Positions 60,505 to 64,000 of a stretch of 64,000 bases of DNA are shown here, in pieces. Numbering within the stretch: the stretch's first letter is position 1; the number at the start of each line of letters is the position of its first letter. Origin of the DNA: Bacteroidota bacterium (GTDB lineage: Bacteria; Bacteroidota; Bacteroidia; AKYH767-A; OLB10); NCBI GenBank assembly GCA_019136655.1, contig JAGVTU010000024.1, positions 259,553 to 323,552 of the forward strand. Reading direction: 5' to 3'. Under the pieces are notes generated by a model that saw only the letters and a program-made list of their open reading frames with translations, had not been told where the DNA came from and did not search any database. A program made the translations under genes and the position numbers.

Positions 60505-61773
60505 ATGTTAGAACTGTCGCAAATACGAGAAAACCCACAAAAAATAATCAAATATCTTGCCATAAAGAACTTTAAGGCCGAGGAAATAGTAGAATCAATT
60601 CTACAATTTGATGAAAAAAGACGCACGTTGCAGAAAGAATCGGATACATGTCTGGCCGAGCAGAACAACATTGCCACACGCATTGGTGCGCTGATGAAGG
60701 CCGGAAAAAAAGCAGAAGCAGAGCATGAAAAAGAAAAAAATGCAGCGCTTAAAGAAACCTCCAAACAACTGCAAACACTGCTGAGCGAAACCGAAAAACT
60801 GCTGCACGATGAGTTGGTAAAACTTCCGAATTTGCCTCATGAAAAAGTGCCTGCAGGAAAATCGGCTGCTGACAATGAAATTGTTTTTTCGGTAAAAGAA
60901 CTGCCATCTGCCGAAGGCAAAAAACCTCACTGGGAACTTTGCGAAAAATACGGACTGATAGACTTTGAAACGGGAGTGAAATTAACGGGGGCGGGATTTC
61001 CGCTGTATAAAGGCAAGGGTGCAAGATTGCAGCGGGCACTGATTAACTTTTTTTTGGACAAAGCCACTGAAAACGGTTATTTGGAAGTGCAGCCGCCAAT
61101 ACTGGTAAACGAAGACTCAGGATTTGGAACAGGACAGTTGCCCGACAAAGAAGGGCAGATGTATTTTGTTGGAGAAGACAAATTTTATCTGATACCTACG
61201 GCAGAAGTACCTGTGACCAACATTTACCGCGATGTGATGCTGAAAGAAAATGAATTGCCTCAGAAACTTACTGCCTATACTCCCTGTTTCAGGCGCGAAG
61301 CAGGCTCTTATGGCAAGGATGTGAGAGGGCTGAACAGGCTGCATCAGTTCGACAAAGTGGAAATTGTACGAATTGAGCATCCAGAACGTTCTTATGAAGT
61401 GTTGGAAGAAATGAAAGACTACGTATGCAGTTTGCTGCAGCAGTTGCAACTGCCCTACCGCGTGCTGCGGCTGTGCGGTGGCGATATGAGTTTTGCCTCA
61501 GCCATGACGTATGATATGGAAGTATATTCATCGGCACAGCAGCGCTGGCTGGAGGTAAGTTCTGTTTCCAATTTCGAAACATTTCAAAGCAACAGGCTGA
61601 AACTGCGTTTCAAAAATGCAGAAGGGAAAAAACAATTTGCACATACACTTAACGGAAGCGCACTGGCCTTGCCGCGTATAGTGGCTGCGCTGTTGGAGAA
61701 TAATCAGACAGCAGAAGGAATTGCATTGCCTGATGTATTGCACCGCTACACCGGTTTTAAAATGATTGACTGA
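60505..61773 (+). CDS. serS: serine--tRNA ligase
   Basis: N-terminal coiled-coil arm; class II core with 'FRREAGSYGKDVRGLNRLHQFDKVE' (motif 2) and 'GSALA…RIVAALLEN' (motif 3). Confidence 0.93.
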   Translation: MLELSQIRENPQKIIKYLAIKNFKAEEIVESILQFDEKRRTLQKESDTCLAEQNNIATRIGALMKAGKKAEAEHEKEKNAALKETSKQLQTLLSETEKLLHDELVKLPNLPHEKVPAGKSAADNEIVFSVKELPSAEGKKPHWELCEKYGLIDFETGVKLTGAGFPLYKGKGARLQRALINFFLDKATENGYLEVQPPILVNEDSGFGTGQLPDKEGQMYFVGEDKFYLIPTAEVPVTNIYRDVMLKENELPQKLTAYTPCFRREAGSYGKDVRGLNRLHQFDKVEIVRIEHPERSYEVLEEMKDYVCSLLQQLQLPYRVLRLCGGDMSFASAMTYDMEVYSSAQQRWLEVSSVSNFETFQSNRLKLRFKNAEGKKQFAHTLNGSALALPRIVAALLENNQTAEGIALPDVLHRYTGFKMID

Positions 61774-63622
61774 AATGACTGCTGCCAAAAAAAATAAAGG
61801 TCTGACTTCGGTGATAAGGCTTTTGATTTGGGTGTTGACAGCACTGACAACAACATCAGTTGCCATTGCTCAAACCTTGAACAACATTGATCTGGCCAGA
61901 CAATATGAATCAACAGGCGAATATGATAAGGCAGCAGTTTACTACGAAAAGCAATACAACATTGATCCCTTTGGCACCTATGATGCCTACCTGCGCTGCC
62001 TTAAAACCATGCAGGACTATAAAGAATCGGAAAAGCTGATAAAAAAGCAGCTAAAAAAATCGGGAAATGCAGGCAGGTATCAGGTGGACTTAGGATTGCT
62101 GTATGAAACTGAAGGTGAAAATGAAAAGGCGAAAAAACAATTTGAGTCGGTTATAAAAAATCTGAAACCCGACCCTAATGAAGTGTATGCTGTTGCAGGA
62201 GCTTTTACCATAGCACAGAAAATTGATTATGCCATAGAAGTATATCAGAAAGCGCGCACCTTTGGCATGGGACAAACGTATGGATTTGAATTGGCTGACC
62301 TCTACGGACGTAAGGGAGATATGCAGAAAATGATTGACGAATACCTTGACCTGATGGAAGAAAACATCCTCTACACAGGAAACATACAGTCAGTGTTGCA
62401 GCAACGCATCAGTCAGGATCCTGACAACAAACTTTCGGAGATGTTGCGCACTTCATTGCTTCGCAGAATACAAAAACAACCCGGACAAACCATTTACTCA
62501 GAATTTTTATACTGGCTTTTTCTGCAGGATAAAGATTTTGACTCAGCACTGATACAGGCCAAAGCCCTCGATAAGAAAAGTGACAACACCGGCTTACGTG
62601 TTTATCAGTTGGGCGAAATATGCATCAGCAACAGCGACTGGGCTGCTGCACAAAAATGTTTCAACTACATCATTGAAAAAGGAAGTAACCATCCAAAGTA
62701 TATTCAGGCAAAAATGGCTTTGGTAAAAGCCGCCTATATGCATGTGGTGACTGAGCCTTATACTACACAGGAACTTACTTCACTTGATGAGCGTTTTAAA
62801 ACTACGCTGAAAGAATTAGGCACCAACACCATTAATGCTCCGCTTTGGGCAAAATATGCACACCTGCAGGCATTTTATCTGCACAACATTGAAGAAGGAC
62901 GCAAAATACTGGAACAAACTATTGCTATTCCCGGGCTTACACCTTCCTTTGTTGCAGAATGTAAATTAGAGCTGGGTGATATACTCATACTTGAAGGAAA
63001 CTTGTGGGATGCCTCACTCACCTACTCGCAGGTGGACAAAGATTTTAAGCATGATGCCCTGGGCCGCGAAGCTAAGTTCCGGAATGCACGGCTGTCGTAT
63101 TACTTAGGCGAATTTGAATGGGCAGCAGCACAACTCAATGTGCTTAAACAGGCAACATCTCAGCTTATTTCTAACGATGCACTGGATTTGGCTTTACTTA
63201 TCACCGACAACATTGGAGAAGATTCCATCACAGAGCCGCTGCGTATTTATTCACGTGCTGAATTATTGACTTTCCAGAATAAAGATGATGAGGCACTGGC
63301 AACGTTAGACAGTATTTTGGTGCTCTATCCGGGGAGAAAAATTACCACACGTGTTTGGTTTAAGCAGGCAGCCATAGAGATGAAAAAACAACATCCTGAC
63401 ACAGCCATCAAACTATATCAGGTTATTGTTGACAAATATCCTGAAGATATAATGGCTGATGATGCACTTTACCGTATGGCCACCATTTATGAAAATATTT
63501 TGAACGACAAAGAAAAAGCCAAGGCTGCTTATGAGAAGCTGATTGACAAATATCCGTCAAGTTTGTTTGTGGCAGATGCACGAAAGCATTACCGTTTGCT
63601 CAGAGGAGATTCCATCAATTGA
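61766..63622 (+). CDS. tetratricopeptide-repeat protein with N-terminal signal/TM anchor
   Basis: 618 aa with an N-terminal hydrophobic segment, then multiple TPR-like helical hairpins (…YEKAAVYYEKQ…, …DKEKAKAAYEKLIDKYPSS…). Overlaps the serS stop by 8 nt. Confidence 0.75.
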   Translation: MTEMTAAKKNKGLTSVIRLLIWVLTALTTTSVAIAQTLNNIDLARQYESTGEYDKAAVYYEKQYNIDPFGTYDAYLRCLKTMQDYKESEKLIKKQLKKSGNAGRYQVDLGLLYETEGENEKAKKQFESVIKNLKPDPNEVYAVAGAFTIAQKIDYAIEVYQKARTFGMGQTYGFELADLYGRKGDMQKMIDEYLDLMEENILYTGNIQSVLQQRISQDPDNKLSEMLRTSLLRRIQKQPGQTIYSEFLYWLFLQDKDFDSALIQAKALDKKSDNTGLRVYQLGEICISNSDWAAAQKCFNYIIEKGSNHPKYIQAKMALVKAAYMHVVTEPYTTQELTSLDERFKTTLKELGTNTINAPLWAKYAHLQAFYLHNIEEGRKILEQTIAIPGLTPSFVAECKLELGDILILEGNLWDASLTYSQVDKDFKHDALGREAKFRNARLSYYLGEFEWAAAQLNVLKQATSQLISNDALDLALLITDNIGEDSITEPLRIYSRAELLTFQNKDDEALATLDSILVLYPGRKITTRVWFKQAAIEMKKQHPDTAIKLYQVIVDKYPEDIMADDALYRMATIYENILNDKEKAKAAYEKLIDKYPSSLFVADARKHYRLLRGDSIN

Positions 63623-63793
63623 CACCTGATGGAAACTGTCAGTTTCAGAAAACCCTGATGTTCTGAAAAACACATAAAACACTTAAAAATACAGTTTTTG
63701 AAGCAGGTAAGAACAAACAAAAAGCATCTGTTTCTTGTTGACTAATTCGTTTCTTTGCAAAAAATCAGATTTTTGAAAAGTTTAATTTTTAAT

Positions 63794-64000
63794 ATGAGAA
63801 AAAAGTTTCTGACTGTATTTTTATTGGCAACAGTGCTTTCGGTATTCAGCGGTACAGCATTTGCACAAATTTTTGAAGGAGCTAAGTGGACATTCAGAGT
63901 GGAACAAACCGACAGTTGTGAGGCTGTGCTCATTTTTAAAGCAACCACACTTGATAAATTCCATATATACTCGCAGCAGGACAATGGAAATGACGGTCCG
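63794..64000 (+). CDS. 3'-truncated secreted protein; N-terminus resembles the DsbD-type thiol:disulfide interchange N-terminal domain
   Basis: Signal peptide MRKKFLTVFLLATVLSVFSGTAFAQ, then 'AKWTFRVEQTDSCEAVLIFKATTLDKFHIYSQ', similar to the DsbD N-terminal domain as I recall it. Runs off the window. Confidence 0.45.
   Translation, partial: MRKKFLTVFLLATVLSVFSGTAFAQIFEGAKWTFRVEQTDSCEAVLIFKATTLDKFHIYSQQDNGNDGP

Overview
This 64-kb window reads as a chromosomal segment of a Bacteroidota genome, probably of the Sphingobacteriia or Chitinophagia type. Three things in the sequence point that way: three large secreted proteins end in T9SS C-terminal sorting domains; Bacteroidota-type sigma-A -7 boxes (TAnnTTTG) recur upstream of genes; and no Shine-Dalgarno sequences are present. 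Coding density is high, with about 50 CDS and 6 tRNAs. The minus-strand core is the conserved block tRNA-Thr(TGT), tRNA-Tyr, tRNA-Gly, tRNA-Thr(GGT), tuf, tRNA-Trp, secE, nusG, rplK, rplA, rplJ, rplL, rpoB, rpoC, followed by queA and ispD. A second minus-strand operon is rlmN, polyprenyl synthase, alpha/beta hydrolase, dnaG. Housekeeping genes include aroC, pabA/trpG, yidC, serS, purE, pepP, a thiolase, scoA and scoB. The regions that look accessory, with the candidate findings in them, are: (i) a wecB, GT4, YfhO (GT-C) glycosylation module ending in a short Cas4-like DUF2779 nuclease; (ii) a fused SAM-methyltransferase/GT2 (DPM1-like) protein next to AcpH; (iii) Nif3 followed by a COG1579 zinc-ribbon coiled-coil protein carrying an about 180-aa histone-H1-like Lys/Ala/Pro-rich N-terminal tail; (iv) a decayed duplicate of tRNA-Thr between thrT and tuf; (v) three T9SS cargo proteins with SprB-repeat, BNR/Kelch-like and choice-of-anchor-J/GEVED architectures; (vi) an OmpA protein with 8 thrombospondin type-3 Ca-binding repeats; (vii) an orphan OmpR-type response regulator divergent from a 521-aa polytopic membrane protein. 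I found no CRISPR array, no integrase or transposase, and no obvious toxin-antitoxin pair. All calls rest on reading the translated ORFs and the DNA by eye. No database search was run.
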